Shown here: positions 49,546 to 59,887 of the stretch, one piece after another | Layout of the letters: every line of letters begins with the position of its first letter | Position numbering within the stretch: position 1 is the stretch's first letter | NCBI GenBank assembly: GCA_958296135.2 | Contig: CATQHZ020000001.1 | Span: forward strand, 3,808,001 to 3,872,000 | DNA: 64,000 bases | Origin: an uncultured Poribacteria bacterium | GTDB taxonomy: Bacteria; Poribacteria; WGA-4E; WGA-3G | Direction: 5' to 3' | Made by a program: the position numbers and the translations under genes | The notes under the pieces: model-generated | Told to the model about the DNA's origin: nothing | The model's input: only the letters and a program-made list of their open reading frames with translations | Databases searched by the model: none

Positions 49546-50352
49546 TTACGAACGCCGCCTCCAGTCGCTACCCGCCATGAACCCGCCATCAACGAATACC
49601 ATCTGTCCAGTAACAAAGTCGGAGGCGTTGGAGGCAAAGAATATCGTCAACCCCGCTAAATCTTCCGGTTCGCCCCATCGATAGGCAGGGGTGCGATTGA
49701 GAATCCATTCATTTCGGTTGTCTTCGCGCGCGGGCGCAGTCATCTCGGTGCGGATGAAGCCGGGGGCGATGCCGTTCACCTGAATGTTATGCTCTGCCCA
49801 CTCCACGGCCAGAAGTTTCGTCAATTGCAAGAGGCCCCCCTTTGCAGCGGTGTAGGCGACGCTCGTCGGCAGTCCTATCGCGGAGGTGAGCGACAGGGTG
49901 TTAATCACCTTGCCAGCCTTCTGTTGCCGCATCACTCTCCCGCAGGCTTGCGCCAGAAAGAACGCGCCTTTCAAGTTGACATCCGTGACGAAGTCCCAAG
50001 CAGCCTCGGTGAATGCCAATGCCTCATCCCGAATGTTGACACCGGCGTTGTTGACAAGCACGTCAAGGCTGCCGAACCGCTCCACAGTTCGCGAAACGAG
50101 CGCCTCAATTTCGCTGAGATTGCTCACATCAGCCTGAAGGGGCAGAACGTTCTGTCCTGTCTCCTTAGCAATCTGTTCGGCGACTGGTTCCAGCGTCTCC
50201 ATTTTTCTCCCGACGATGACGAGTGATGAGCCGGCCCCCGCGAGTCCTTCGGCCATCGCTTGTCCGATGCCGCGGCTCGCCCCGGTGACGAGGCTCACTT
50301 TACCATCCAACCGAAAGTGTTGGATGATGCTTGTTGCGGATGTTTGATTCAT
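49546..50352 (-). CDS. Short-chain dehydrogenase (gluconate 5-dehydrogenase / KduD-like)
   Basis: TGASRGIG, NNAG and YTAAK motifs. Confidence 0.9.
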   Translation of the reverse strand: MNQTSATSIIQHFRLDGKVSLVTGASRGIGQAMAEGLAGAGSSLVIVGRKMETLEPVAEQIAKETGQNVLPLQADVSNLSEIEALVSRTVERFGSLDVLVNNAGVNIRDEALAFTEAAWDFVTDVNLKGAFFLAQACGRVMRQQKAGKVINTLSLTSAIGLPTSVAYTAAKGGLLQLTKLLAVEWAEHNIQVNGIAPGFIRTEMTAPAREDNRNEWILNRTPAYRWGEPEDLAGLTIFFASNASDFVTGQMVFVDGGFMAGSDWRRRS

Positions 50353-50461
50353 ATTTTTCTCTTTTAGGACGGTGGCGAGGGACAGGTTTCCCTACGCCCC
50401 GCGGGTTATGTTGGAATAGACAATCGCGAGGGACAGGTTTCCCCACGCACCACGATTAACC

Positions 50462-51667
50462 TTACGGCAGCACTCCCTCAGGGTTTGCGTATTCTACCAA
50501 CAGCTCGCTATCAATAACCTTTAGTTTGCCGTTGTGCTGCTCGGCAAGGGAGACGAGCAACTCCGCGCCGGGGGAATGTTTCACATCGATTTCAAGCGCG
50601 ACGACATAGATACGCGTGTTGTTCAGGTTCTTTTGCCGAATTACCTCAAGAATCTTCTGGGTATTCGTCTCAATCGGATACTCCCGAATCGCGACAGGCA
50701 GCCCGTCTGTCACCAAAACAACGACAGAGGCATCTAGACTGAGAGAGGCATCGAGTGCTGCAAGAATGTTAGTTCCCGCATTGCCCTCAATGCGCTGCGG
50801 TGTAAAACTCTCCAGATACTTCAACGTCCGCTTTATGTTTTTGGCGTTTGCCGGGAGCATGTTCTTGTGCATGGCTTTCGCTGTGGTAGAAAACGCTACC
50901 ACGTTGAGTCTATCATCGCTGCCAAGATTCATGACAGAATCCTTGATGGATTTGACAGCCAATTCCAATTTTTTTAGCCCGGCAGCTTGCATGCTCGCGG
51001 AAATGTCAAGGCAGTAGACAACATTTTGGGGGCCTTCAAACTCGTTCAGGAAATCGATGATACCGAGCCGGTCCCTGGAGCCATCGTTTCCACCGCCACC
51101 GAGGAGGCCGCCCTCGTCACCGGCCTGTCCATCGCCGCGGAATCTCCCCATGCCATCGCCGCGGGCTCGGACTCTGCCGGTAACAATACCGCGGCCATCG
51201 GTGCGCCCGGGTTGCCGAATCAGCCGGCTCAGGTTTGAGGCCTCAGCATCGCGCAGTTGCGCGTCTGTCATCACATCAGGGACGATTTCACTCAAGGCGG
51301 CGTTGTTGATTTCCACATCTTCAAGCACCACGCGCGGGCTGAATTTGATGACTTCGTCCTGTTTGTTCCGAGCAGCCTCGATTTTCTTTTCCATCGCATT
51401 CCTCGCGAGTTGCTGGCTCGGGTCATACAATTTTTTGGACAGCGGCGGTTTCGGTCTCTTTCGCCGCTTCTTCGGCGCGTCCGCATCGTTAATGAAGTCA
51501 ACGGCGAACGCGTCCGCCTGTTCCTCTCCCGACCGGTTCATCGGGAGGAAGAGGTAGACGATAACTACCACTATATGTAAAATGAGGGAGAGCAAGATGA
51601 CAGACCGGATGCGGTTTTTCCGGCGCTCGGCATCAATGCGCCAGTCTGTCAGTTGGTTCATTAACAT
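50462..51667 (-). CDS. Membrane-anchored VWA-domain protein
   Basis: N-terminal transmembrane segment; DISASM MIDAS motif, GTN and TDG. Confidence 0.85.
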   Translation of the reverse strand: MLMNQLTDWRIDAERRKNRIRSVILLSLILHIVVVIVYLFLPMNRSGEEQADAFAVDFINDADAPKKRRKRPKPPLSKKLYDPSQQLARNAMEKKIEAARNKQDEVIKFSPRVVLEDVEINNAALSEIVPDVMTDAQLRDAEASNLSRLIRQPGRTDGRGIVTGRVRARGDGMGRFRGDGQAGDEGGLLGGGGNDGSRDRLGIIDFLNEFEGPQNVVYCLDISASMQAAGLKKLELAVKSIKDSVMNLGSDDRLNVVAFSTTAKAMHKNMLPANAKNIKRTLKYLESFTPQRIEGNAGTNILAALDASLSLDASVVVLVTDGLPVAIREYPIETNTQKILEVIRQKNLNNTRIYVVALEIDVKHSPGAELLVSLAEQHNGKLKVIDSELLVEYANPEGVLP

Positions 51668-51829
51668 TGTTCAGCTCCTATCAACGTCCCGTCTACGGCG
51701 ACTGCGAATCGCCTATGCGTGACACGTAGCACCTCTCGTAGCCACGAGGTTGCATACGGTTAGGTTGTGGTTGGCGTGGCCCTCAAGGCACACGCCCGCG
51801 CCCTAGGGTTACGTTCCGTGGGCGTTTCG

Positions 51830-52231
51830 CTACAGTTTGGCAATGAGTTGATTCAGCAACTCTTTGAGCTCGTCATATCTGCCTTTCAACCCATAAAACG
51901 CCTGCTTGAGTTCATCAATCTCGTCGGCCTGTCGGGCAACCTCTTTTCGGAGAAACTTATTTTCCTCTTTGAGTTCCTCATTCTCCGTCCGAAGGGTAGC
52001 GTAACGCCGGTCGGACGCGCTCTGGAATGCCTTAAACTCCTCTTTGAGGGCGTTGTGTTCCTCTCGAAGGGCGTTGTGTTCCTCTCGAAAAGCGTTGTAT
52101 GCCGCTTTGTGGGCTTCTTTCTGGGCTTCCAGCCGTTTGTCCGCCCATCTTTTCATTATCCAAAGCCCGATAAGACTGATGCTCAACACGCCGATGTCTA
52201 TGCCAGTCAGCGTTATCCAACTAAAACTCAT
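51830..52231 (-). CDS. Transmembrane plus coiled-coil hypothetical protein
   Basis: N-terminal transmembrane segment; heptad repeat with a 21-nt tandem duplication (REEHNAL). Confidence 0.65.
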   Translation of the reverse strand: MSFSWITLTGIDIGVLSISLIGLWIMKRWADKRLEAQKEAHKAAYNAFREEHNALREEHNALKEEFKAFQSASDRRYATLRTENEELKEENKFLRKEVARQADEIDELKQAFYGLKGRYDELKELLNQLIAKL

Positions 52232-52297
52232 TTCAGTCTGCCTCTCTTTTTTATCAAACCGACACACGTCATCATTCGCCGCAGCGCTGCGCCGGTG

Positions 52298-52813
52298 CTA
52301 TATTGAAGTCTCCGAAGACAACTTTTCAAACGCCTCAATCCACGTTTTGCCTTCGGGTGTAAGTTCATAGTAGGTGTGGTTACGGTGCTTAATCCACTTC
52401 CCTTTGACGATATTTTTGCGGTAGTGAATGATGCGTCCTTCCACCCGCTTCAATCCCCCGAGTGCTCTTAACTTCCGGTGCCGACGATGCATCTCCTCTA
52501 GCGGAATTTGCAACGCCTCGGCAACAACGATGGAATAGTCCATGCCGAACTCTTGATGGTGCTTGAGAACAAAATAGTCAGTCTCATCAAGTTCGGCGAA
52601 TGCGGGGGCGAGTGATGCCTCTGGCGGAGTTTCGGCTGCCTGAATCTCCTGCCACGATACCTTCAGTAACCGCTCCGTTCGCAAACCTTGCACCGCGCCG
52701 CACTCGGAGTGATGGACGGTAATGGTTCCATCCTCTTTGAAATAGCCGATAACCGGGGCCTTCGGTTGCGGCGCGCAACATTTGGCGATTTTATAGGTGA
52801 GTTCAGTTCGCAT
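52298..52813 (-). CDS. RelA/SpoT RIS-like zinc domain fused to a DUF2250-like winged helix
   Basis: YKIAKCCAP.P...VIGY....GTITVHH.EC N-terminus; KHRNHTYYELT C-terminus. Confidence 0.6.
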   Translation of the reverse strand: MRTELTYKIAKCCAPQPKAPVIGYFKEDGTITVHHSECGAVQGLRTERLLKVSWQEIQAAETPPEASLAPAFAELDETDYFVLKHHQEFGMDYSIVVAEALQIPLEEMHRRHRKLRALGGLKRVEGRIIHYRKNIVKGKWIKHRNHTYYELTPEGKTWIEAFEKLSSETSI

Positions 52814-52846
52814 TTTTCTATAAGGTTGCCAGAGTGCATACTATTT

Positions 52847-53821
52847 TTAAAACCAGATTGCATCCCTACAAGCGGCGCGCTTTGGAAGCACGCGACGTAC
52901 CATCGGTTTGCGTTGCCGCAAGGCCTGCAACATGTTCTCGGCAATAGCGTGAACAACCGGAATCGCGACACTATTACCAATCTGCTTCCTCAGCTGCATC
53001 AAGCCACCCACGATGTGAAAATCTTCCGGGAAACCTTGCAAACGCAACAATTCCCGACCCGAGGGCCGCCGAACCCCGTTCACCAAAAGATAGTTATAGG
53101 ATGCTCCCGCCCTTAACGCACACGAGAAGGGGAGCACCGAAATGTTGCCGCCCTTGTTTTCATGCCAAATTGATGGATAAAACGGCTCACCCTTGCACTT
53201 CTCACGCCGAGAACTGCGGATATGTTCGGATGCAAAGAGACTCGGCGCAACGCGCGCATCGGACTCAAGGATTGCTGACAGCGGTTTGTAAGTCCCCGGG
53301 CCTCGCGGAAAATCAAACGCAATCGGCGCCCGGAAGCCGACGATAAAAATCCGCTCTCGTTTCTGCGGCAACCCGAAATCGAGGGCATTCAACACCGCGT
53401 GATAGGTGGTATAGCCCAATTGCGACAGGTGTTCCTGTATGATGGCGAACGTTCGCCCCTTGTCGTGAGTGCGCAATTGCTTCACGTTTTCAAGAAGGAA
53501 GGCATTCGGTTGCTTCCGTTTTAAGATACGCGCGATGTCAAAAAACAGCGTGCCGCGGGTGTCTTCAAACCCCTGTTTATCGCCGAGGATGCTGAACGGT
53601 TGACACGGAAATCCCGCCAATAAAATGTCGTGTGCAGGGATATCAGCCGCGTCAATTTGGGTAATATCGCCGGCAGGTGTTTCGCCGAAGTGCTGCGCGT
53701 AGGTTTTCTGCGCGGGTTCATCCCATTCAGAACTAAACACGCAGGTGCCGCCTAACTTATCAAAGGGGATACGCATCCCGCCAATTCCTGCAAAGAGATC
53801 GATGAAGGTGAAGTCGTTCAT
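52847..53821 (-). CDS. C5-cytosine DNA methyltransferase (orphan)
   Basis: FIDLFAGIGG, GFPCQPFS, ENV, PQKRER and GNSV motifs. Confidence 0.95.
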   Translation of the reverse strand: MNDFTFIDLFAGIGGMRIPFDKLGGTCVFSSEWDEPAQKTYAQHFGETPAGDITQIDAADIPAHDILLAGFPCQPFSILGDKQGFEDTRGTLFFDIARILKRKQPNAFLLENVKQLRTHDKGRTFAIIQEHLSQLGYTTYHAVLNALDFGLPQKRERIFIVGFRAPIAFDFPRGPGTYKPLSAILESDARVAPSLFASEHIRSSRREKCKGEPFYPSIWHENKGGNISVLPFSCALRAGASYNYLLVNGVRRPSGRELLRLQGFPEDFHIVGGLMQLRKQIGNSVAIPVVHAIAENMLQALRQRKPMVRRVLPKRAACRDAIWF

Positions 53822-53923
53822 ACTGTCACAAGCACCTTGTAGCGTCATGGAATTTTACCACAATGTTGGGGAGTCTGTCAAGAAAAAACGCGTGCCTCAT
53901 GGCTCATACACTTTTCAGGTGTT

Positions 53924-55204
53924 TCAATTTCGCCCTAACGCCCGATACCCGATGTCGCTGCGGACATGTGCATCGGCGAAATTGATGGCGGAAACGCCAC
54001 GGTAGGCTTGCTGAATCGCTGATTCCAGGCCCTCTGCAACCGCGGTGACTCCGAGCACGCGCCCTCCATCGGTTAGCACCTGTCCATTATCACGTTTTGT
54101 GCCGGCGTGAAAAACGGTGACTCCCTCAATCGCCGCCGCTTCTAGCAAACCGTGAATCACCTCCCCGGTCTCGTAAAGGTCTGGATACCCGCCGGAAGCC
54201 ATGACAACGCACGCTGCTGCGCCCGCGTGCCATTCGGGCTCAGCGTAACGGTTGAGCGTCCCATCAATACACGCAATAAGCATCGGAACTAAGTCACTTT
54301 TGAGGCGTGGCAAGAGAACCTGTGCCTCCGGATCTCCAAAGCGGCAGTTGAATTCCAACACCTTCGGACCGGCATCGGTTATCATCAAACCGACATATAA
54401 CACACCTTTAAAGGGACATCCGATAGCCGCCATGCCGTTAATCGTAGGATAAACGACGCGCTCCATCACGTAGGCGTGCAATTCGGGTGTAATCACCGGC
54501 GCGGGCGAATACGCGCCCATCCCGCCAGTATTCTTGCCGGTGTCCCCATCGTGGGACATCTTGTGGTCCTGCGAACTGACGAAAGGGACACATGTATGCC
54601 CATCGGTAAGAACGGTAAAAGATGCCTCTTCGCCGATGAGTTCCTCCTCAATGACGACGCTGTCGCCTGCCGCCCCGAACGCCTTGTCCACTAAAATGGT
54701 TTTCACCGCCTGCGTCGCTTCGGCGACGGTGCGCCCCGGAATAACGCCTTTGCCAGCGGCGAGGCCGTTCGCCTTGACAAAAACGGGGACATTGCGCGCT
54801 TTGATGTCCGCTATCGCTTGCGCTGCATCCACATACGTGCGGTACGCCGCCGTGGGAATGCCGTTTTTTATCAGCAACTGTTTGGCGAAATCTTTGCTTG
54901 CTTCAAGCTGCGCGGCGCGCTTATCCGGGCCGAACGCTTTCAGCCCGCGGGCGCGAAAGGCATCGACGATGCCAGCTGCTAAAGGCACCTCCGGCCCAAC
55001 GACGGTGAGAGCGATGCGTGCGGATTCTGCCCACGTTACGAGCTCGGCAAACTTGTTGTCCAACGGCAGCGCAAGGCACTCCGCTATCTCGGCGATGCCA
55101 GCATTGCCGGGGACACAATAAATTTTCTCGACGAGTGGGCTCTGCGCGATTTTCCAGACCAGCGTATGTTCCCGTCCTCCCTGTCCGATAACCAAAATGT
55201 TCAT
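53924..55204 (-). CDS. purD: Phosphoribosylamine-glycine ligase
   Basis: GQGGREH, GLAAGKGV, NTGGMGAY and EFNCRFGDPE motifs. Confidence 0.97.
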   Translation of the reverse strand: MNILVIGQGGREHTLVWKIAQSPLVEKIYCVPGNAGIAEIAECLALPLDNKFAELVTWAESARIALTVVGPEVPLAAGIVDAFRARGLKAFGPDKRAAQLEASKDFAKQLLIKNGIPTAAYRTYVDAAQAIADIKARNVPVFVKANGLAAGKGVIPGRTVAEATQAVKTILVDKAFGAAGDSVVIEEELIGEEASFTVLTDGHTCVPFVSSQDHKMSHDGDTGKNTGGMGAYSPAPVITPELHAYVMERVVYPTINGMAAIGCPFKGVLYVGLMITDAGPKVLEFNCRFGDPEAQVLLPRLKSDLVPMLIACIDGTLNRYAEPEWHAGAAACVVMASGGYPDLYETGEVIHGLLEAAAIEGVTVFHAGTKRDNGQVLTDGGRVLGVTAVAEGLESAIQQAYRGVSAINFADAHVRSDIGYRALGRN

Positions 55205-55327
55205 GTTTTTTATCCTAAGAAAATCCTTTTTAAGAATATGATACCATGATGTTTTGAGAAAAATCAAGGAAATTAATTTGAAAAATCGTTGTAGGTATGT
55301 TAAACTGAATGCAGGAGGTTTTGAACA

Positions 55328-55984
55328 ATGTGCACGTATACATTCTCGCAATTATCGGAAGAGACGCTGAAAAGCCTCGTGACATTGGAGGGGAAATACG
55401 TTGCTGCAGCAGAATGGGATAAAATGCGGATAGCCCTCACCGATAACGAACTCAAACGGCTTGAAACTCTCACATCGACATTGCGCGGGCGCCATCTATT
55501 CGTCATGAACGAATCGACCTTGTGGGCGCGTGCAATTTATCCGATGCTAGTGCTCGCTGAACAGGGGTATGTCCAAGCGTGGAGCGGTGTGCCACTAAAA
55601 GCCGCCTATGCCGCGTTTGGACTTGAAGGTGAGGCTGATGGCGCGCTCGCGCCCTCCCTCGGCGGAAGAATTCAACCGCCTTATCTCATTGTGCATGAAG
55701 CGAAACGCGGGCTGAACGCGCCAGACCCGCTGTATCAACTCACCGGCGAAATGCTCGCCGCCGCATGGCTCAATTGGAAGCAAGACTCCAACCCCGAACA
55801 AGAAATCTTCGGATGCTACACCGTCACTGACACTTGGGCATTCGTCCGCGGGATTATCAGCGACATTGACACCGAAAAACCGACGTTCACTCTTGAATTT
55901 TCACCAGACTACAACGGCATCTCGGACGCGGAACACATCGTCCAACTGCTGAAATTTATCGTCGCAAAGCAAATCGCAGTATAA
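55328..55984 (+). CDS. PD-(D/E)XK-like hypothetical family, distant copy
   Basis: Paralogue of 31361-32011. Confidence 0.75.
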   Translation: MCTYTFSQLSEETLKSLVTLEGKYVAAAEWDKMRIALTDNELKRLETLTSTLRGRHLFVMNESTLWARAIYPMLVLAEQGYVQAWSGVPLKAAYAAFGLEGEADGALAPSLGGRIQPPYLIVHEAKRGLNAPDPLYQLTGEMLAAAWLNWKQDSNPEQEIFGCYTVTDTWAFVRGIISDIDTEKPTFTLEFSPDYNGISDAEHIVQLLKFIVAKQIAV

Positions 55985-55996
55985 CAGGAGAAACTC

Positions 55997-58057
55997 ATGA
56001 TTACCACCCTCGCTGGACATCACCATGAACTCACCGCTGTTTTTGCCGATGCACGGCAACGCGTCACTGACGCACGCGGCGGAACTCCCCGCGACTTGAA
56101 CACGCCCTACATTTTTCCGAACTACACGAAAACTGAATGGGAAACACGGGCAGAAGCCTTACGGCAACAGATTCGCGTCGCAACAGGCTTAATCCCGACA
56201 TCGGAACCAACACCCCTGAACGCCAACGTTTTCGGAAAAGTTGAACGCGAAGATTACACCGTGGAAAAGGTCTGGTTTGAACCGTTGCCCGGTTTCTTCA
56301 CGACTGGCAACCTCTATCGGCCCAAAGGCAAACCGGGGCCGTTTCCCGGCATTATCAGTCCGCACGGGCATTGGGCGCGCGGACGCATTGAGGACATCAA
56401 GCGCGGTTCGATTCCGGCGCGCTGTATCAACTTCGCAAAACAGGGATACGTTGTCTTCGCCTACGATATGCTCGGTTACAACGACAGCGGCAAGCAGATC
56501 GAACACCGCTACGGTGGGGCCCGGGAAAGTTTGTGGGGGTTAAGCGCGATGGGGCTGCAACTCTTAAACGGCATCCGCGCCATCGATTTCTTACAAAGTC
56601 TCCCGAATGTAGACAATGAACGTATCGGATGCACAGGCGCATCGGGCGGCGGAACGCAAACCTTTATCTTAACAGCCGTTGATGAACGCATCAAGGTATC
56701 CGCACCAGTCAACATGATTTCTGGGACGATGCAGGGCGGCTGCCTCTGTGAAAACGCCCCGAATCTGCGGCTGGATGTCAGCAACATTGAGATAGGCGCG
56801 TTGATGGCACCGCGCCCACTCCTGATTGTATCGGCGACGGGAGACTGGACGGTAAGCACACCGACGGTTGAATACCCCGCCATCCAAAGCATCTATGCGC
56901 ACTTTAACGCCGAAGAACGGGTGCATCACGTGCAGGTAGACGCGGAGCATAACTATAACCGCGAAAGCCGTGAGGCGGTGTACGCCTGGTTCGCAAAGTG
57001 GCTACTCAATGCGGATAAACCGGAAACAGTCAAAGAGGTGGCGTATCAGGTGGAACCTGACGACGCGTTGCTGGTTTTCTCCGAGTGCGAGATGCCAGCA
57101 CACGCGCTGAAACAGGAAGAATTTCTGCCAACATGGGTGAATCGCGCGAAGAAAGCACTCGAAAACCGCAAACCGAAGAATCCAGCCGAACTTGAGACGT
57201 TCCGCGCTGAGATGGGAAGCGTCCTACAACACGCGCTCGGCCTCCAGCTCCCGCAAAGCGAGGATATCACGTTCGGGGAACCTGAGGGCGCGTTCCCGAC
57301 AACCTATCGCCGGCACTATTCTGTCCAACACCTCGTCATCGGCAGAAAGGGGGTAGGCGATGCCATTCCCGCTATTTTGGTTAACCCGAACCCGCCGGTA
57401 GAATGCTGTCCCTTAACCCTCGTCGTTCACGCCGAAGGTAAGGCGCAGTTTGTAGACGAGACGGTGGAAATCGCGGCCCGCTCGCTGTTAGCAGGTTCGC
57501 GTACCACCTCTGACTCGAGTATCCTCACCGAGCTGCTCACTTTGAACCACAAACTGCTCCTCATTGATGTCTTCGGAACAGGAGAACACAACGACTATCA
57601 GCGAGCGGAGGATACCACTTACTTCACCACCTACAATCGGACAACGGCGGCGTTGCGCATCCAAGACATTGTGACAGCACTCCGCTGTTTTGCAAACCGA
57701 GATGAGGTTTCAGAGGTGAATCTCATCGGGTTCGGCGAAGCTGGGTTGTGGGCAATGCTCGCTGCCGGCTTCACCGATGTCGCAAACGTTGTCGTGGACA
57801 CAGCACAATTTGATAACAACATGGACGTTGTCTGTTTAGAGTCCTTGCCGATACCGAGTCTCCGTCAAGCTGGGGATTTTCGGACAGCAGGAACGCTCAT
57901 CGCACCACGTCCCCTGACGCTCTATAACACCGGGGAGGTATTTGATACGAGGTGGATTACGGATGTTTATCGGAACCTCGGCGCATCGCATCAGCTGCAT
58001 GTGGAAAAAGAAATGTTGTCTGAGCGGGAAGTCTTCGCGAGATTGATAGGAGAATAG
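55997..58057 (+). CDS. Alpha/beta-hydrolase (acetyl xylan esterase-like)
   Basis: SPHGHW and GASGGGTQT nucleophile motifs, plus a second degenerate hydrolase domain. Confidence 0.8.
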   Translation: MITTLAGHHHELTAVFADARQRVTDARGGTPRDLNTPYIFPNYTKTEWETRAEALRQQIRVATGLIPTSEPTPLNANVFGKVEREDYTVEKVWFEPLPGFFTTGNLYRPKGKPGPFPGIISPHGHWARGRIEDIKRGSIPARCINFAKQGYVVFAYDMLGYNDSGKQIEHRYGGARESLWGLSAMGLQLLNGIRAIDFLQSLPNVDNERIGCTGASGGGTQTFILTAVDERIKVSAPVNMISGTMQGGCLCENAPNLRLDVSNIEIGALMAPRPLLIVSATGDWTVSTPTVEYPAIQSIYAHFNAEERVHHVQVDAEHNYNRESREAVYAWFAKWLLNADKPETVKEVAYQVEPDDALLVFSECEMPAHALKQEEFLPTWVNRAKKALENRKPKNPAELETFRAEMGSVLQHALGLQLPQSEDITFGEPEGAFPTTYRRHYSVQHLVIGRKGVGDAIPAILVNPNPPVECCPLTLVVHAEGKAQFVDETVEIAARSLLAGSRTTSDSSILTELLTLNHKLLLIDVFGTGEHNDYQRAEDTTYFTTYNRTTAALRIQDIVTALRCFANRDEVSEVNLIGFGEAGLWAMLAAGFTDVANVVVDTAQFDNNMDVVCLESLPIPSLRQAGDFRTAGTLIAPRPLTLYNTGEVFDTRWITDVYRNLGASHQLHVEKEMLSEREVFARLIGE

Positions 58058-58139
58058 ATGGGGGTAAGTGCGGATATGAAAATATCCGCACTTACCGTCG
58101 AAGGGGCGCGCTTGCAACGCGCGCCTCCCAGAAATTAGC

Positions 58140-59519
58140 CTACGCTTGTAGGTTGTAACCACGCTCGTTGTGCTGAGAGAGGTCCAACCCCATGCGTTCA
58201 TCATCTGTCTCCACGCGTAAACCGATGGTGGCATCCAAGATTTTGAGCGTGATGAACGAAATCACCCCACTCCACACCACCGTGATGACGATGCTGATGA
58301 ACTGCGCCCACACTTGCGCCCCGATGTTCATGCCTTCTGCCAACCCAACGCCACCGAGTGATTTCGCGGCGAAAACGCCTGTCAGGAGAGCACCCACAAT
58401 GCCGCCGATACCGTGCACGCCGAAAGCGTCCAACGAATCGTCGTAACCGAGTTGTCTTTTTAGACTGGTGGCACCCCAGAAACAGACGATACCGGAGACG
58501 AACCCTATCACCAGCGCGCCCATCGGCCCGACAGAACCAGAGGCAGGCGTAATGGCGACTAACCCCGCGACAGCCCCGGTCGCGATGCCCAGAGTGCCAG
58601 GTCTGCCGTGCCGCACCCACTCCACAAACATCCAGGTAATCGCAGCGGTTGCAGTGGATATCTGCGTGACGAGCATCGCCATGCCAGCAGAACCGTCTGC
58701 TGCGACAGCACTTCCAGCATTGAAACCGAACCAGCCTACCCAGAGCATTGATGCACCGATGACGGTGAGCGGCAAACTGTGCGGCTGCATCGCTGTCATC
58801 GGGTAACCGAGTCGTTTTCCGACTAAGATTGCAGCGATTAAAGCGGCAACGCCAGCATTAATATGCACGACAGTCCCACCAGCGAAATCGATAACTCCGA
58901 GCGTGTGAAACAGGGCTCCCTCGCCAGCCCAGGCCATGTGGCAGATAGGCGTGTAGGCAACTACCGCCCAGACTGCCGAGAAAATGAGCATCGCTGAGAA
59001 TTTTATCCGCTCAGCGAAAGCACCAACAATAAGCGCAGGCGTGATAATCGCAAACGTCAATTGGAAGGTGATAAAGACGGTTTCAGGGATAGTCCCACTG
59101 AGACTCTCCACACCGACACCCCGCAAAAACATCGTTCCAAGCCCACCGATAAAGGAATTGAGGTTGGTTTCCCCTGCGGCCATACCAGCGGTATTGAAAG
59201 CCAAACTATAGCCACAGATAACCCATAAAACGGTGATGAGCCCTGTCAACGCGAAGCACTGCATGAGCACCGATAGCACGTTTTGGACGCGCACTAACCC
59301 GCCATAGAAGAGCGCGAGCCCGGGGATAGTCATAAATAGGACGAGGGCCGTGGCCGTGATAAGCCAAGCGGTGTCCCCGGAATCGAGGGCATTCGATTCT
59401 TGTGCCAGTGCAAAACCTGGCACGCCGCAAATCAATAACACGACAAGTATGGGCAGGACGCGCCCCCTCAAAAGCGTGCTATGTTTCTTGATACATCGTG
59501 ATGAACAGCGTTGTTGCAT
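58140..59519 (-). CDS. amtB: Ammonium transporter
   Basis: PGLALFYGG, DFAGGTVVH, WFGFNAGS and DAFGVHG motifs. Confidence 0.93.
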   Translation of the reverse strand: MQQRCSSRCIKKHSTLLRGRVLPILVVLLICGVPGFALAQESNALDSGDTAWLITATALVLFMTIPGLALFYGGLVRVQNVLSVLMQCFALTGLITVLWVICGYSLAFNTAGMAAGETNLNSFIGGLGTMFLRGVGVESLSGTIPETVFITFQLTFAIITPALIVGAFAERIKFSAMLIFSAVWAVVAYTPICHMAWAGEGALFHTLGVIDFAGGTVVHINAGVAALIAAILVGKRLGYPMTAMQPHSLPLTVIGASMLWVGWFGFNAGSAVAADGSAGMAMLVTQISTATAAITWMFVEWVRHGRPGTLGIATGAVAGLVAITPASGSVGPMGALVIGFVSGIVCFWGATSLKRQLGYDDSLDAFGVHGIGGIVGALLTGVFAAKSLGGVGLAEGMNIGAQVWAQFISIVITVVWSGVISFITLKILDATIGLRVETDDERMGLDLSQHNERGYNLQA

Positions 59520-59887
59520 CCGAATCCTCCGTAAGCATTAATTGCTTTGTTGTTTTTAGCAGGCGGACAGCTTTGTCCGCCCATTCTCTGTGTGTAGGGA
59601 CGAATATGCGAAGTCCGTCCAATTATTGCTAGGGACTATTATAGCAAAAATCAAAAATTGTGTCAACTATTTTTTTCCAACAGTGCTATTGAGTTTTCTG
59701 TTTTTGTAGGACGAAGCCTTGTTATTGGGGTGAGCGAGCGCGGGGGCCTGTCCCCCGCGCTACGGGCAAACGGAGGCGTAACGAAAAAGAGCGGGGAGCA
59801 GCTGCTCCCCACTCTTCAGTTCGCGCAGCACAATGATGGATGTCCATGTCCACCCAGGCACGGCGCGTGAGACAGATTTCGGAAAGT

